Source of the DNA: the human T2T-CHM13v2.0 reference genome, Homo sapiens
Direction: 5' to 3' (one strand)
Assembly (NCBI RefSeq): GCF_009914755.1
Contig: NC_060947.1
Length of the DNA: 64,000 nt
Below the pieces are notes generated by a model that was not told the origin of the DNA, searched no databases, and saw nothing but the letters and a program-made list of their open reading frames with translations. Below are positions 41,673 to 64,000 of this stretch, one piece after another; positions within the stretch are counted from its first letter, which is position 1; the number at the start of each line of letters is the position of its first letter. The position numbers and the translations under genes are program-made.

Positions 41673-42529
41673 AGTGAAAAAAGAGTCATTATTCATGTTG
41701 ACATCAGCACTGTTAGGTGAAAACTGGGGACAAATGTTTACCATACCTGAAAAACGACATAAAGATAAACTAGCTTAAAGCAAGTTTTTTTTTTTTTTGT
41801 ACTTTTGCACAAGAGGGAAAAATCAAATACTGGCCTTTCTATTCACTTCAGTTATGCAGTTCTTAATGTGACATTAACTGTTTTCTTAAAAGATAGCTTT
41901 CAAACAACTTCCAGGAGCCTATTTGACATCCAGACCATAGTTTCAAGCCAGAACATTAAATTATTCTTTTTTTTTGTAAATTCCATTTGTTTCTTAGGTT
42001 TTTTTGAGTGTTGGTTTTATTTTTAGTAAAATTATACACAACTTTTGTTTTCTATTTTAACCCCTCTTTTAATAGGTTCACTTGATTTAATGTGTTCTGA
42101 CTTCGGACTGTCTTTTGGTTTTCTTGTAGCACTAGAAAGTAGGGTGTGTTTAAAAAAATTTTTTAATGTATATGCTTGGAAGTCTATCTCCAAAGTCTCT
42201 ACGAGGTCTAACGGAATGTAAGCTGAAGGGTAACTCTTAGACTTCTGGTTTTAGTCCATTGCATAAAAGTGAAACTTTGGTGTTGTTTGCAAACCTTTAA
42301 TGTCATCTGAATACAGTTCTGCTAGTAATGTCCCCTCCTCTTATGTTTCTATCATAGGTGAAGGGCAACCACAGGTTTGAATGAAAATAAGCTGAAACAA
42401 CGTAAACTGGTTTTATCTAAGATGTTTGACTTAAAAAGATCTCAATAAAGTTTTACAGTTTTTTCCAAAGAATTCTTGCACATCTTTTGTTAATTTTATT
42501 TCCAAGTATTTGAGACTATTGAAAATTGT

Positions 42530-42830
42530 GGCTGGGTGTAGTGGCTCACGCCTGTAATCCCAGCATTTGAGATGCTGAAGCAGGAGGATTGCTTGAGCTC
42601 AGGAGACTGACACTAGCCTGGGCAACATAGGCTCTACGAAAATGAATGAAGGAATGCATGAATGTATGCATGTACGTATGTAATTGTAGTCCCAGCTACT
42701 CCGGATGCTGAGGTGGAAGGATCCCTTAAGCCCAGGAGGTCGAACATGAGGATGAGGTTAATCATGTTCAGGTCACTGCAACTTCAGTCTGGGTGACAGA
42801 GGGAAACTTTGTTTTTTTTTAAAAAAAAGG
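42530..42830 (+). mobile_element. AluJ-like with altered middle region
   Basis: Diverged Alu arms. Confidence 0.8.
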
Positions 42831-42884
42831 CGGGGGGAAAGAGTATTTTGAAATTTTGTGTTCTGATTGAACTAGTGTAAGCAA

Positions 42885-43350
<466 letters not shown>

Positions 43351-43909
43351 AGGGCCTTTTCTGTGATGAAAACTTTTTATCTCTTTAATCATCCTCTTTC
43401 TCCTCCAGACTTTTCTTTTCTGGAAGGGTTGTATGCAAGAGGGACAAAAGCATTTTCAGAAACCACATTTTAGTATAATTTAAGTAAAAATTTTCATCAT
43501 GTTTAAGAAATAGTCAGGATAAAATTCCGAATTTTGAAAAAATTAAAAAATGGGTTTACAGAACCTCTATCCCTTTTGTCTCTATCATTTATCCAGAGAA
43601 GCATGGAAAACTGCAATCCCTGGCTTGTGGCTGCTGCATTGAGTAGCCAAACTGCTGGACCTCTTCTGTCAATATCGTCACACATCCAGATGTATTAACC
43701 AAGAAATGGAAGGCTGTTTTAAAACTCCCCCCTTTTTTCATCTCCAAGAAATTTCCTTCAAGCTCCTTGCAGTAAATTCAGCACTCACAGAATTAAAAGT
43801 ATCATGGACAAGAGAGATCCTGGCTCAAATGTTGGGAGGTGGCTGCAGTAGCCGCAGCCCAGCTGAAAACAAGGCTGGAATGTGTCTTCACACCCCCAAC
43901 TCCCCTTTC

Positions 43910-44192
43910 TGAGACAGGGTTTTGCTCTTTTGCCCAGGTTGGAGTACACTGGAGGGCTCACAGCTCACTGCAACCTCAGACTCCTGGGCTCTAGTGATCC
44001 TCCAGCCTCACCTTCCTGAGTATATGGGACTACAGGCACGTGTCACCTCGCCCAACAACTTTTTAAAATTTTGTAGAGCAGGTGGGTCTCACTGTGTTGC
44101 CCAGGCTGGTCTTGAACTCCTGGCCTCAAGTGATCTCCTGTCTCATCCTCCCAAAGTGCTGAGATTACAGGTGGGAGTCACTACACCTGGCT
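43910..44192 (-). mobile_element. AluJ
   Basis: Diverged reverse Alu. Confidence 0.82.
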
Positions 44193-47100
44193 TGTTTTCC
44201 CTGTTTTTTTCCTTTAAGGCTTAAAGTTGATCTAAGGCTTGCTCAAGCCAAGGAAACTGATTTTTTTCCCTCCCACTTGGAGGAAAGAGCAATTCAAACA
44301 TTCAGGAATTTTTGGCTACTCAAAGCTCTTTGACATTTGGGTCCTTTCTCTACCTTCCTGCAGGAGAAGACAAAACCAGAGTCAGCATCTGGCTGCAGTT
44401 TTCCCCCTTCCGTTATCCAGCACAGAACAGCGGTTAAGGGATCCAGAGAGCCAGCTCTCTTGCAGTTGGAGGGATTATTGTTAAATGCTGGGAGTACATG
44501 TATTTCTCATAACAGACAGCAGGTCAGCTGCTGCTTCACATTATGGGGAAATCCATAGTCTCCCAGGTGTGACAGCTTCATCATGTCTATCCCTTCACTC
44601 TTCCTTTATTGGAAGAAGGCTTTCACCATATTTTAGTGAGTCAGAGTCTTGCTGGTGACTCACACTGTTGCTGCCACTGTGTCAGGGATCCCCAAGGCCA
44701 CCCTCACTTTCAGTGATTCCATGGCATTCTCTGCTGCCCTTCTGCATACAATGCTCATAACCGAAGCCAACCCCCTCACCTCAGCTCAGGATCCCATGCC
44801 TCCCACCTTCTCAGGGGCTTTGTTCCTGCAACGATCACTTCTTTCTCCTGAACCATCAACTGCTCCCTCTATGTTGGATCATTCCCCAAGCTAAGGTGAA
44901 ATTCACCTTCTTCCCCCATGTCCTTGTGTAGTTACTAACATATTTATCTGCTGCCATTGAAAGCAAAACTGCATCAACATAAACAACTGACTGCATTGGA
45001 ATCAATTTTCAAAATTATCTGGAAAGGAAAATGAATCAGAACAGCCAAAACAATTCTGAAGGATAACTTTGGGGAACTCATGCTGCATAATGTCAAGATT
45101 CACATTAATTATCTTATTTATTTATTATTTTATTAATATGATTTTTAATTATCCAGCCCCATATGTCAATTATGTTAATTCTATAGGAATCAAGACAGTG
45201 TGCTATTGGAGAAAAAAATGAACAGATCAGAATAGAGTTCAGCAACAGACTCACAGACATAGTAAAACTGATTTTCAGAAAAGGTGCAAAGGCAATGGAC
45301 AAAAATTGTCTTTTCAAGAAATTGTGTTGTTTTCCTCGTGCTTCTTGGCCACTACATTCATTGTTTTTTTATTCCCCTGTGTCCCTTCCCTTTGTTTCTC
45401 CTTTGCACTTCAACTGCTCTTCTGTTTAAAGGTCTGTCTGTCCCACCACAGTGTGACAGCCCCCACAGCAAGTACCATGTGTTGTTGGTCTTCCCATTTC
45501 CAGCATCCCAGATATTTCCTGTAATGTGGCAGGCATCAATCATTGTCTATTGAATTGATTAATCAATCTTCTGTAATGATCTTAACAGAAAATCACCTCC
45601 TCTGTTTTGGACTCATTATTGGAGATGGTGTGTTTATAGGCACCTTACATATGGTGTTTGGTTTTGTGCCAGACACTCTAGGGTAATGGCTCTGCCATGG
45701 TGTCCTGGAGCTCTTGCAGGTCACCATATAGATCACGTAGGCAAAGCCAGGCTGCAGGCTAACCTGAGTCTTGGCAGAATACCTGGAATCTCGTTGGAGC
45801 AAAGGGAGATATGCAGCATGGTGGGAGCTGCCACAGGTACTTTCTCATCAGCTGCCTATCTTCTTGAAGGCCAACACAAGGCCATTCTTCATTCATCTTC
45901 ATAGTTTCAGTTAACCACAGGCCTTTCCTCATCTTAAGGTACAGTTGTAAAGTATAAAAGTGCTCACTGTCTTAGGGTATGTCTGTGGGCTCCTCATAGG
46001 CAGAGAGATCGACCATCTGTGCTGTCACTGAGTACCTCCAAATTAGCATCATACTATGGGACATGATGCTGTTCTTGCTTTTGCTGTGTCTTCAAGCAGT
46101 CAACCACTGGGATCCATTTGGGCTCATTGTCTCCCTATTGGCCAAATCTATGGATATGTGACAAGCCAAACTAACAGCTGCAGTGGTGATCCTTGTGGCC
46201 CTGTCCGCCACCACAGGGCTGCTTAGGGAATGCTTGAGCACTTGACACAGTATTGTATTCAGTTGTGTGTGGTATCGCCTGACCAGAATATTGGCCTATT
46301 CTTCATGGCATCACACACAGCAAACAAGTTTTCAGCATGTACTATTGACTTAGGGTTGGCCTTGTCACACCTTGGTTATTTACAAATGAACTTTAGAATT
46401 GATGCCATGTCTGACATCAGCTACACTGCTATTTAATTAACATAACTTATTTAAATCGAATAAGTTTCTGAACTGATATTCATTTAAAAAGGTAAGTAGA
46501 TATCCCTGCTTGACATTCAAAAGCAGTTATCATATACTAGAGATGTAATTGTAAAGAAAACTGGAATGAAAAAAATTTGAAATTTTAAAGGAAAAAAGGA
46601 AATATAACTAGTAAACCAAATTTATCTACAATGTAATGCCTACTTGGTATGTTATTTCATTGATTCTTCATAGGAATAATTTAGTGTAAATATTCTCATT
46701 TCTAATTTAGAAATGGGGAAACTGTCCCAAAGAATATAAGTATCTTGCCCGACACTTCAATGCCAGTGTGTGAGAGGCAGGAGGGAAACCCATGGCTACT
46801 TCATGCCATAGCCTGTAAAGCGACAGTGTAGGTAGACCCAAGTCATCTTGCCTCAGCAAGTTGCCCTGGTTACTTTCCCGTTTCTTCTACCTAGGCCCTA
46901 ATTCTTTCACCCAGCTTTACAGCCTAGGGACTTCTCACATATTTTGTGGCAAATGGGTTACCCCGAGAAAGGATGCAGATGAGGAGACACATAGGGTAAG
47001 GTATGTTGGAAGGGGCAAGGAGCTTCCATGCTCTCTGTGGGCATGGTACCCTCCATGTGTTCAGCTAGCTGGAAGCTCTCTCAACCCTGTCCTTTTGGGT

Positions 47101-47289
47101 TTTGATGGAAGTTTTCATTATGTAGGCGTGATTGATTAAACCGTTGGCCTGCCATTGGTGATCAACTTAACCTTCAGCCCCTCTCCCTTCCCTGAGGGTT
47201 GGGGGTGGGGCTGAAAGTTCCAACCCTCTAATCCCCATTCTAGAGCTACCTGTAGGTCATTTAGACAGTGTATGGGTCAGAAGTATCCA

Positions 47290-49350
<2,061 letters not shown>

Positions 49351-52300
49351 CATCTTCCTGGTGCCATGTTATTTCTTCTGTTCTGATGGAAACATTTCTA
49401 TTCTTTCAATGTAAATAAAAAGTTTGAGGGTACTTCTTTTAAATCGTAAACTTGTGGTTTATAGGCAGAATATCATCGCCCACTTTGGGACATTTTGGAA
49501 GTTGCCAAGGACAGCTTTGGTTGTTGGAATGATTGGCAGGGGCTACCAGCAATGGGGGCATAAGGTTACAGGGAGGCAAATGTCTTTTTCCAGAGTCTTA
49601 AAACAACTGGACTTTCAATACACGTCAGTCCCTGTAAACTGAGGGAGGCTTCTATGTTGCTTCATCTGTGAAATTAAAAAGACTGTCAATTGAGAAAAAT
49701 GATGAGATAAGTCTCAATCATTTTAGGAGATTTATTTGCATGCCTGGGAAACAGGTCTATGCCTTTCTCTGAAGATGATTTTGAGGGCTCCCAAATTTGA
49801 AGGGGAAAGGGCAGGATACTGAGAAGTACACAATTTCATGAAAAAGGGGGGTAGGCAAAAATAGCCATTCATGCTTTTTTGTGGCTCACTGAATCTGCAT
49901 TTTTTATATAAGATGACATAGACAAATGGGACAGAGGAAAAATGCAGGGAATCTGCATTTTACATAAGATAACATAGATAAAAATGGGGCAAAGGAACAA
50001 CCAGAAATGCATTTGTGTCTTGTGGGCTGGGGGTGACTGCACCTGTAAAATAAGCTATCAATTTACATTGCCATGGTGAAATTTTAACAGAAACACCTTG
50101 AAAGATTTTGCAGCTTACTAGGAATTTCCTTGTGGGCAAAATATGGGAGAGGCAGGTAGCTTTTCATCTTGTAGCCATCTTATTTAGGAACCAAAAGTGG
50201 GAGGCAGGTCTGCATGACCCAGTTCCCAGCTTGAATTTTCCGTTTGGCTTAATGAGTTTGGGGTTCCAAGATTTAATTTCCTTTAACATTTCCCCACCCA
50301 CCGACTTCTTTTTTAAAGTCTTTTAGAGAAAGCATTTTAAAAGGAAATGAGTCTCTGGTCCCAGGTTTTGTCTGATCTCTCATGGCCAGGATGGTTTATT
50401 TCTGTACAGGTAGGTCTAGAGTTATTAGGAAAGCTCATTTCTAGAAGGTTGTGAGGTCTCATGTCCTATGGAAAAAAAAATAGGGGGAGGAAGGGAGAAA
50501 AACAACAAACCAAAGAACAACTCTAGAAAATTGATATAGGCCACATTACTCTGAAGTCCATACATCAGTAGGCAGGTATAAAAGTGGCTTATGTAAGTAA
50601 ATAGGGTGCTGTTAATTTCTTCTCACGTTTGGGTTGTCTGGCTTCAATTTGCAGGGCTTTATGAAAGCACAGCTTAGTTTTTGGTGACTAAAAATTAGGA
50701 AAAAATGTGAAAAAAAGAAGGAAAAAAATTGAAAACATTATTTTGAAGACTTGTAGCCAAGAGAAAATTAGAATTTGGTCCAAACTGTAGAGAACAATAA
50801 AAATTGAAAAACACTTGGCAAGAATAGAAACTAACAATGGGTGTACTATAGTTTTTTTGAAACGTAATTTTTCCTTCTCCAGTTTCCCATTTTTGCTAAG
50901 GACAAATCATGGTAAGACTGGTTTACTTTATTACAGTTGACCTAATTATTTGTATATAGCACAGCAAGAATAATTAATTTTTACATAGGCTTTTAAATTG
51001 GCTTTGATGGAACTTTGCTCCATAGAAGGAATTTCAGGTAAGACTTTTTTAAAGCTAAGCCCAGCTGTGAATTTGCGCCATCAAATATCTATGAGTTGGG
51101 TACATTTCCTTCCCTCTTGAGGTTCCAAGATAAACCTGGGGCTTCTGGGCCTGTCAGAAAGTGACATTCTTTACTTAACCACAGGTCAGAAACTCTGTAC
51201 AGGGACTGTATATGCAAAATATGAGGCCAATTTTTCCAAGAGCTTTATTGGCTCCATAAGTCAAGTTTGACTCCTTAAAGGAAAGCACACCATTCCAGTT
51301 AAAGCCTTGGTAAAGTAATCAGTTTCTCCAACTGTATGCTGTTACAAATGGAAACAGATTCTTACTGCACTTTTGCAAATACTGAATTGCTGTAAGTTAA
51401 GAATACTTACAAATAGTCCCAAATCAGGTAGAGAAAAACAAATATGGAGATCAGGTAGAGAGAAATAAATATGCTCCAAATTTTTTCATAGGAGTATACT
51501 AAATTGTTAAAAGCTGTCAATAGCTCAAAAGAGAAGTTTCAAGACTCTGAAAAACAAAACAAAGGATCAGCAACATTTTAAGCAAAAAGTCAAAAGATTA
51601 GTTCAGTCCATGCAGTTAATTCCTGTTCTGTTTGACACTCATGAACATTTTATCTATGAGTCCTCAAAGTTTTTCCTCTACTTTGATGTCACAGTCTCCA
51701 AAGTTAACAGAAACCTGCATATAAAACCTGTTAGAGTTTTATAGCTGATTATAAAACCACCTTCTAAAGAAGACCAAAACAACATAATTGCCCATGGATG
51801 ACCAAAAGTTTTAGGGCAGCCATAGTCAAAGACATAATTGACAAGGACATTTGTTACCTCTGTGGCACACAATAATTTTAACAAAACAATTACAATTATT
51901 ACTGGCAATGTACACTAAGTCATATTAGAATTATAGGAGTTTCCCATAATTTTAGAACACATACCAATAACATTTATACAAATACAGCCCAAAGAAAACC
52001 AAACACCATTTCATATTCGACAGTGCTTCCTGTATAATTTTTACACCGAATAAGCCAAATTATGTAGTTTTTGGACCTTAGGGAACCCAATATCTTAAAG
52101 GATTAATTAGGTCAGAAAAAGATATAATTCATAATTTGATTTTCTAAAGCTTGTTAAATATTAAAGGTTTTTTAAACACTTGATATTACAAAATAAGATT
52201 ACAGGTTATTGTAAAGTCATTCATTCAACCAAAGTGATAACTCAAGGATTTTTTAAAAAGTGAAAACCTTCATTCTTTGAGAGAGGAGACAATTTTCCAA

Positions 52301-52460
52301 AGAAGAAGCCCTAATAAAAACAGCATGAAGCCAATTAAATTTGTTTTTTAAAATTTTGTAAACAATTTATAAAATTTAATCTTGATTATAAAATATAACT
52401 TCCATAAGCCTTTTATAACCTTTATTAAGGAGTTGGTTAATGCTTCAAGAAAACCTTGTT

Positions 52461-52851
<391 letters not shown>

Positions 52852-53433
52852 TTATCTTTTAAAATTGACTCTTACAATCTCACATGCCCACCTCTTCTGC
52901 AATAGTCCCTGGGCCTTGAGGAGTTGAATAGCTTTAATTTCTGGCATTGTGTCTCAGGAATGCAGTTTATTTTGATTGGTGTCTTCTACAGGGCCTGAAG
53001 ATTAGGCTGTAATTGCTGTCAGTGTTTAAGATTTATCAGGACTTGGTGTTCTTTTTAGAACCAGGAGTTAAAGCCCTATAACTTAATGTCACAAGTACTT
53101 TAAAAGCACATACAGAAAGATACAGGGATGTAATAACCTTAACTTAAAAAATTTTAAATCTCAGTTTTTTCCTAAGCAAAATCAAACTTAATAATAATGG
53201 CATACAAACTATTTCAATAAAACATAAAATCTGTTAGGCCAGTTACCAAAGGGCAAAAGAAAAAACCTTCAGCAGTGCACAGATTGTTATGTTGGAAGAA
53301 AACATTTCCTTTAGACCTTTAAGAAAACATGCCTTTTAAAAGGGAAGAGAAAGCTGAAAAGTGGCGAGATGCAATAAAAGTTGAACTTTGGGTTAAAAAA
53401 GTTAAAATCTCTTATAATTCATAAGAGTAAAGT

Positions 53434-53878
<445 letters not shown>

Positions 53879-55610
53879 TTATTGTTTTAACCAATTATTT
53901 AGTGTATAAGTGTTGTTTTACATTAAGCCCAATCTCTAGAAAGGGCATTTTAATTTTCCTTTAATTATAAATAATTTGATAATATAGTTGTTTAAATAAA
54001 TCCCCTTATTGCTACTTACACAGACCATTCATGACATGCTTTGATTTTCTGGTTTGTTCTGAGCATCCCTCCTCTTAAACAACCAGTCATTTTATTTTAG
54101 GACTAAATTTACCATGCAAGAGTCTTTCTCACATAAAATTATTTCTCTTTAATCTTTCTTACGACAAAAAAAACTACTTTATTTTTATAACTTTCTTTAC
54201 ATCTTTTTTACTTCCTGGTTCCTTTACCTTCTTTTACACATAACCTTTAAATAAGCTTTGAATTAGACATAACTTGTTCACCTTTTTAAAAAAGGACACA
54301 CTTTTTTTGTCAAGAATGTTTTCCTACAATATATTTTTATTGGAAAATACCCAAATAATGAAATATTTATTATTTAATTTAATATAACTTTATATTCTAA
54401 ATTATGTCATTTGTTTACAAGTATTTACCTCATTACATTTACCAAATTATTTTAATTGTTTACCTGGATTATTTATGAAAACTGTGATAGTCATGATTTA
54501 AAGTTCTGAAACCACCATTGCAAAATTATAACTGAGACAGTGGAAAAGATATGACCTAACTAACTCCATCTTGCTTCTAACCTCCAAGCTGTCCTTGTTC
54601 ATTGCTGGACTTTGGGAGGATAGTTTATAGTTTCACTTTGAAACAAATACAATAACAGTCCTTTTCCAAAACAAACCTCCTTACTGCCTGTGGACTCAAC
54701 TGCCTAAAGCCACAGGATTAGAAATTATGGTAATTTTACTAAATTCAAGATGCAGCTATTTTTATTAAACAAATATCAATGTCTGATTTATTAAAAATTA
54801 AAAAAGTAAAGATTATTCTGGTTTGGGCTGGATTTATTCTTTTGTAACTGCTACGCTAAATTTTGACACTTTGTAGTATTTGGCAGGGATAAGTGTGAAA
54901 TTGGTTGATTAATAAATGCAACCAAAAAGTAGTGAAACATTGTGTAAACAGCACATAAATACAGAGACATATTAGGCATGCTGATGGAAATACATCTTAT
55001 AGATTAATAAAGGGCCCCCCTTCTTTTTTCCTATCTTAGACTTTCAGATTCTTAATAACCTGTTTTCCAACACTAGGCAGTTATTAGCTAAATAGCTTTA
55101 AATTTGTATATTAAAGGAAACAACTCATGTGAAAATCAAATAGCAAAATTTACATCATATGGTACAGAGAAAAAAAGTCTGGTGGTGCTAGAGGGAGACA
55201 CTTTTATTTTTCTTTGAGCCAAATTAAACATAGAATTACAGAAATTTATCATAGGATTGTATAGGGAGACCAATTTTATTTAGGTAAGGATTACCTATCT
55301 GTTAACTGGATCTCAGCTTTGGGCAGAGCCCACCAGTCTGAATCCTGGGTCTCCAAAGAAAGAGAGAATAATTTTGAGGTTAGACCACATGATGCTTTTA
55401 CAGTGCACTTAATTTTTTTTAACAAAGACATTTCTAAGAGTCTAAACTGCACTCTTCCTTAAAAACTCAGGAGTAGTCTCTGTTGCACTAGCTATTAATG
55501 AAGAAAACAGAATTCAGTCAACTGAGAAAATAAAAAAAAAACACTTTTGCTCAGAAAAACAAGGTCCTAGGAGAGAAAAAACAAACAAACACAAAAACAT
55601 GAAGGCCTTT

Positions 55611-57073
55611 TTTTTAATTTTATAATTATTATACTTTAAGTTTTAGGGTACATGTGCACAATGTGCAGGTTAGTTACATATGTATACAGGTGACATGCTG
55701 GTGTGCTGCACCCATTAACTCCTCATTTAGCATTAGGTATATCTCCTAATGCTATCTCTCCCCCCTCCCCCCACTCCACAACAGTCCCCAGAGTGTGATG
55801 TTCCCCTTCCTGTGTCCATGTGTTCTCATCGTTCAGTTCCCACCTATGAGTGGGGACATGCAGTGTTTGGTTTTTTGTCCTTGCAGTAGTTTACTGAGAA
55901 TGATGATTTCCAATTTCATCCATGTCCCTACAAAGGACATGAACTCATCATTTTTTATGGCTGCATAGTATTCCATGGTGTATATGTGCCACATTTTCTT
56001 AATCCAGTCTATCATTGTTGGACATTTGGGTTGGTTCCAAGTCTTTGCTATTGTGAATAGTGCCACAATATACATACGTGTGCATGTGTCTTTATAGCAG
56101 CATGATTTATAATCCTTTGGGTATATACCCAGTAACGGGATGGCTCGGTCAAATGGTATTTCTAGTTCTAGATCCCTGAGGAATCACCACACTGACATCC
56201 ACAATGGTTGCACTAGTTTCCAGTCCCACCAACAGTGTAAAAGTGTTCCTATTTCTCCACATCCTCTCCAGCACCTGTTGTTTCCTGACTTTTTAATGAT
56301 TGCCATTCTAACTGGTGTGAGATGGTATCTCATTGTGGCTTTGATTAAAAAAAAAAAACTACATTAGGGAGTTTGGCTTTATCCTGAGAGCAAAGGGAAG
56401 CCATTGGAGAAGATTCAGTCAGTCTTTTAAAAATTAATTAATTAATTTACTTTTTGATTCAGTCAGTCTTGACCTGCCTTGAGGACGTGTGTTTTCCAGT
56501 GATCTTCTGATTACAAAGGAAGGGGACAGAGACAGGGAGGTTATTTTATTCACGGATTGTCAGTCGGTCAGGACAATTGCAGACTGACCTGGTCATGCAC
56601 AGAACTTAGGTTCTTTTTGGAAGATAACAGTAACTGCTCAAGAAAGTTAAGTAGGGAAACAGTTACCTACTTGCTTTCCTCCCAACTCAGTCACCATACA
56701 TGGATAACTGATTTTAATAAAAGTGAGTCTTAGATCAAATTTGCAACACATTTTTAAAAATAAAAATTCATTTTTTTGAATATAGTTTATACAACTTGTT
56801 CTATAACAAGTAATGCGGTTCCAAGTTCTCCATTTTTTTTAGGTACTCAACCACGCCTTTCAACAACACCTTGTATACAATGTTCACTTGAGGCACACTC
56901 AGTCTCCTCCAATGGTAATATCTTATATAAGTATAGTATGACATATTTTAAAGTAATTACAAGAACATATATATAGTGTTCAGGAGACATACATAATGTC
57001 TTTCCTGCTGTCATTTACTACAATTTAAAATTTATTCTAGCAAATAAAATTTACTTCATATGGTATTACAAAA
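55611..57073 (-). mobile_element. 5'-truncated L1PA (55611-56346) plus ~720 bp of non-L1 sequence, both inside one 18-bp TSD
   Basis: TSD aaaaacatgaaggccttt at 55593-55610 and 57074-57091. L1 ORF2 C-terminus in ORF 55833-56075. Confidence 0.85.
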
Positions 57074-58769
57074 AAAAACATGAAGGCCTTTAAATACAAA
57101 CAGGCACACATACACACATACACATACACATCTTGGATGTTAGTTTTTAATTAAGCTTTTAACCATTGAGCTCCTTTTAAAAAATCTTTTAAAATCTCAT
57201 TACTGTATTTCAGCTAGAACAAATTGCTGCTGTTTCAGAATTACCAAGTATCAAACCAGAAAGGATTTGATTTAGAACCAAACCTAGGTTGTCATGGTGG
57301 GGAAAAAAAGAAGGCAGAACCTTAGCTATTGAACTGCAGCATGGTTGGGGGGAGAGAGGGGACAGCCATTGCTTTCAGTTTGGCATGGTTAGCAAAAAAA
57401 TGTGGCTTTGTTATGGTAATAAATCCCCTTAAATAGTCAAAATCAAAAATCTTTCCTTTTGTTTTTATTTTTCTTTTGCTGGCTGTTTTTCTCCCTGCAG
57501 TATACTACCTTTCATTTAGTAGGAATTTAGCCACTTTAGAGGCCTTGTTCCCCATCCTTTGGAACTTTTCTTCAGATTTGATCAAGTCAGGTAGAGTTGG
57601 CCAAACCCAGTAGGAAAAAGATGGAAACAACATCAAAAACAGAAACAAACAAACAGCAACAGAAAAACACTTAAGCAAACAAATGAATGAAACAAATTAT
57701 ATGATGACTTGAGTGCTCTAATGGTAAGGAGAAATTAAGACCAGCTGGTTGTTAATCTTAACTTTAGCCAAGACAAACCCCAATTCAGTTAGTTACCTAG
57801 GGATGGGTCTCAGGCTGTAGACTGCTGTCTACCATCCTAGAAGAAGGAAAAAAAAAACCTCATCTTCCATGTTGGAATCGAGCTCAAACTCCATAAATGA
57901 GTTACCTGCCTTCCATAGTTATGGAAAGAGGAAATCTTGCCTTCGTCATGGGAAGCAAGTAAAACTCCAAAAAAGAGGAGTTGTACAGCAAAATAAACTT
58001 TAGATCTCAACCAAATTTTGGGAGATGAGGGATTCTCTGGAGATGGTGCTCTCAGACCTCAGAAAATTGTCCTCTTAGTTTGAGCCATAAAGTTAGCTCA
58101 TGCTAGTACCAAGCAACAACAGGAGATTTGTCAAAGGTCAGGGGCATCTCTACTCACAATCCTTCCATAGTTACCAAATGTAAACCCCGAATACTGGAGA
58201 CAGGTCTCAGTTAATTTAGAAAGTTTGTTTTGCTAAGGTTGAGGATGTGTGCCAGTGACACAGCCTCAGAAAGTCCTGGCAACATGTGCCCAAGGTGGTT
58301 AGGGCATGGCTTCTTTTTATACATTTTAGGGAGACATGAGACATCAATCAATATATGTAAGAAGTACATTGGTTCCATCTAGAAAGGCGGGGACAACTTG
58401 AAGCATGGAGGGGGCTTCCAGGTCACAGGTAGGTGAGAGACAAATGGTTGCATTCTTTTGAGTTTCAGATAAGCTTTTCCAAAGGAGGGAATCAGAATAT
58501 ACATCTATCTCAGTGAGCAGAGGGATGACTTTGAATAGAGTGGGAGGCAGGTTTGTCCTGAGCAACTCCCAGCTTGACTTTTCCCTTAGCTTAGTCATTT
58601 GGGGGCCCCAAGATTTTCCTTTCACAGTATAAAACCAAGCTGTGCCCTGCCCACCTTGGGCACATGTCGTCAGGACCTCCTGAGGCTGTGTCATGGGTGT
58701 ATCCTTAACCTTGGCAAAATAAATTTTCTAAATTGATTGAGATTTGTCTCAGACACTTTTTGGTTTATA

Positions 58770-64000
<5,231 letters not shown>

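Noticed and set aside
54506-54725. LTR8-like fragment inverted relative to ~59760-59975
   Set aside because: Repeat-family similarity, probably part of the ERV internal consensus; not evidence of a specific inverted-repeat structure.

Overview
Human/primate genomic DNA, recognisable from gene content as the Xp11.21 VCF2 (FAM104B) to MTRNR2L10 interval; this is recognition from memory, not a database search. On the minus strand lies the complete VCF2/FAM104B gene. It has a CpG-island promoter near 18.3 kb, coding exons at 18279-18298, 16271-16370 and 3227/3324-3454, and an alternative last exon at 922-1018 whose 3' UTR runs into a solo LTR. On the plus strand lies a 5-exon XAGE/GAGE/PAGE-family unprocessed pseudogene (~28.9-42.45 kb) with intact splice sites but two TGA stops in exon 2. 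Its last intron holds a ~6.3 kb colinear, ancient NUMT (control region, 12S, 16S, ND1, ND2, WANCY, 5' COX1) flanked by an exact 18-bp direct repeat. The NUMT contains the humanin-like-10 ORF plus intact MOTS-c-like, SHLP6-like and SHLP4-like micro-ORFs. The remainder is Alu, L1, MER4-group ERV1 proviruses and solo LTRs. Structural oddities include an L1 with ~720 bp of foreign DNA inside its TSD, a provirus with mismatched LTRs, a trimeric Alu, a patchwork templated insertion and a near-perfect AluYa5. No wholly new biological system can be demonstrated from the sequence alone; repeat subfamily names are by-eye calls.
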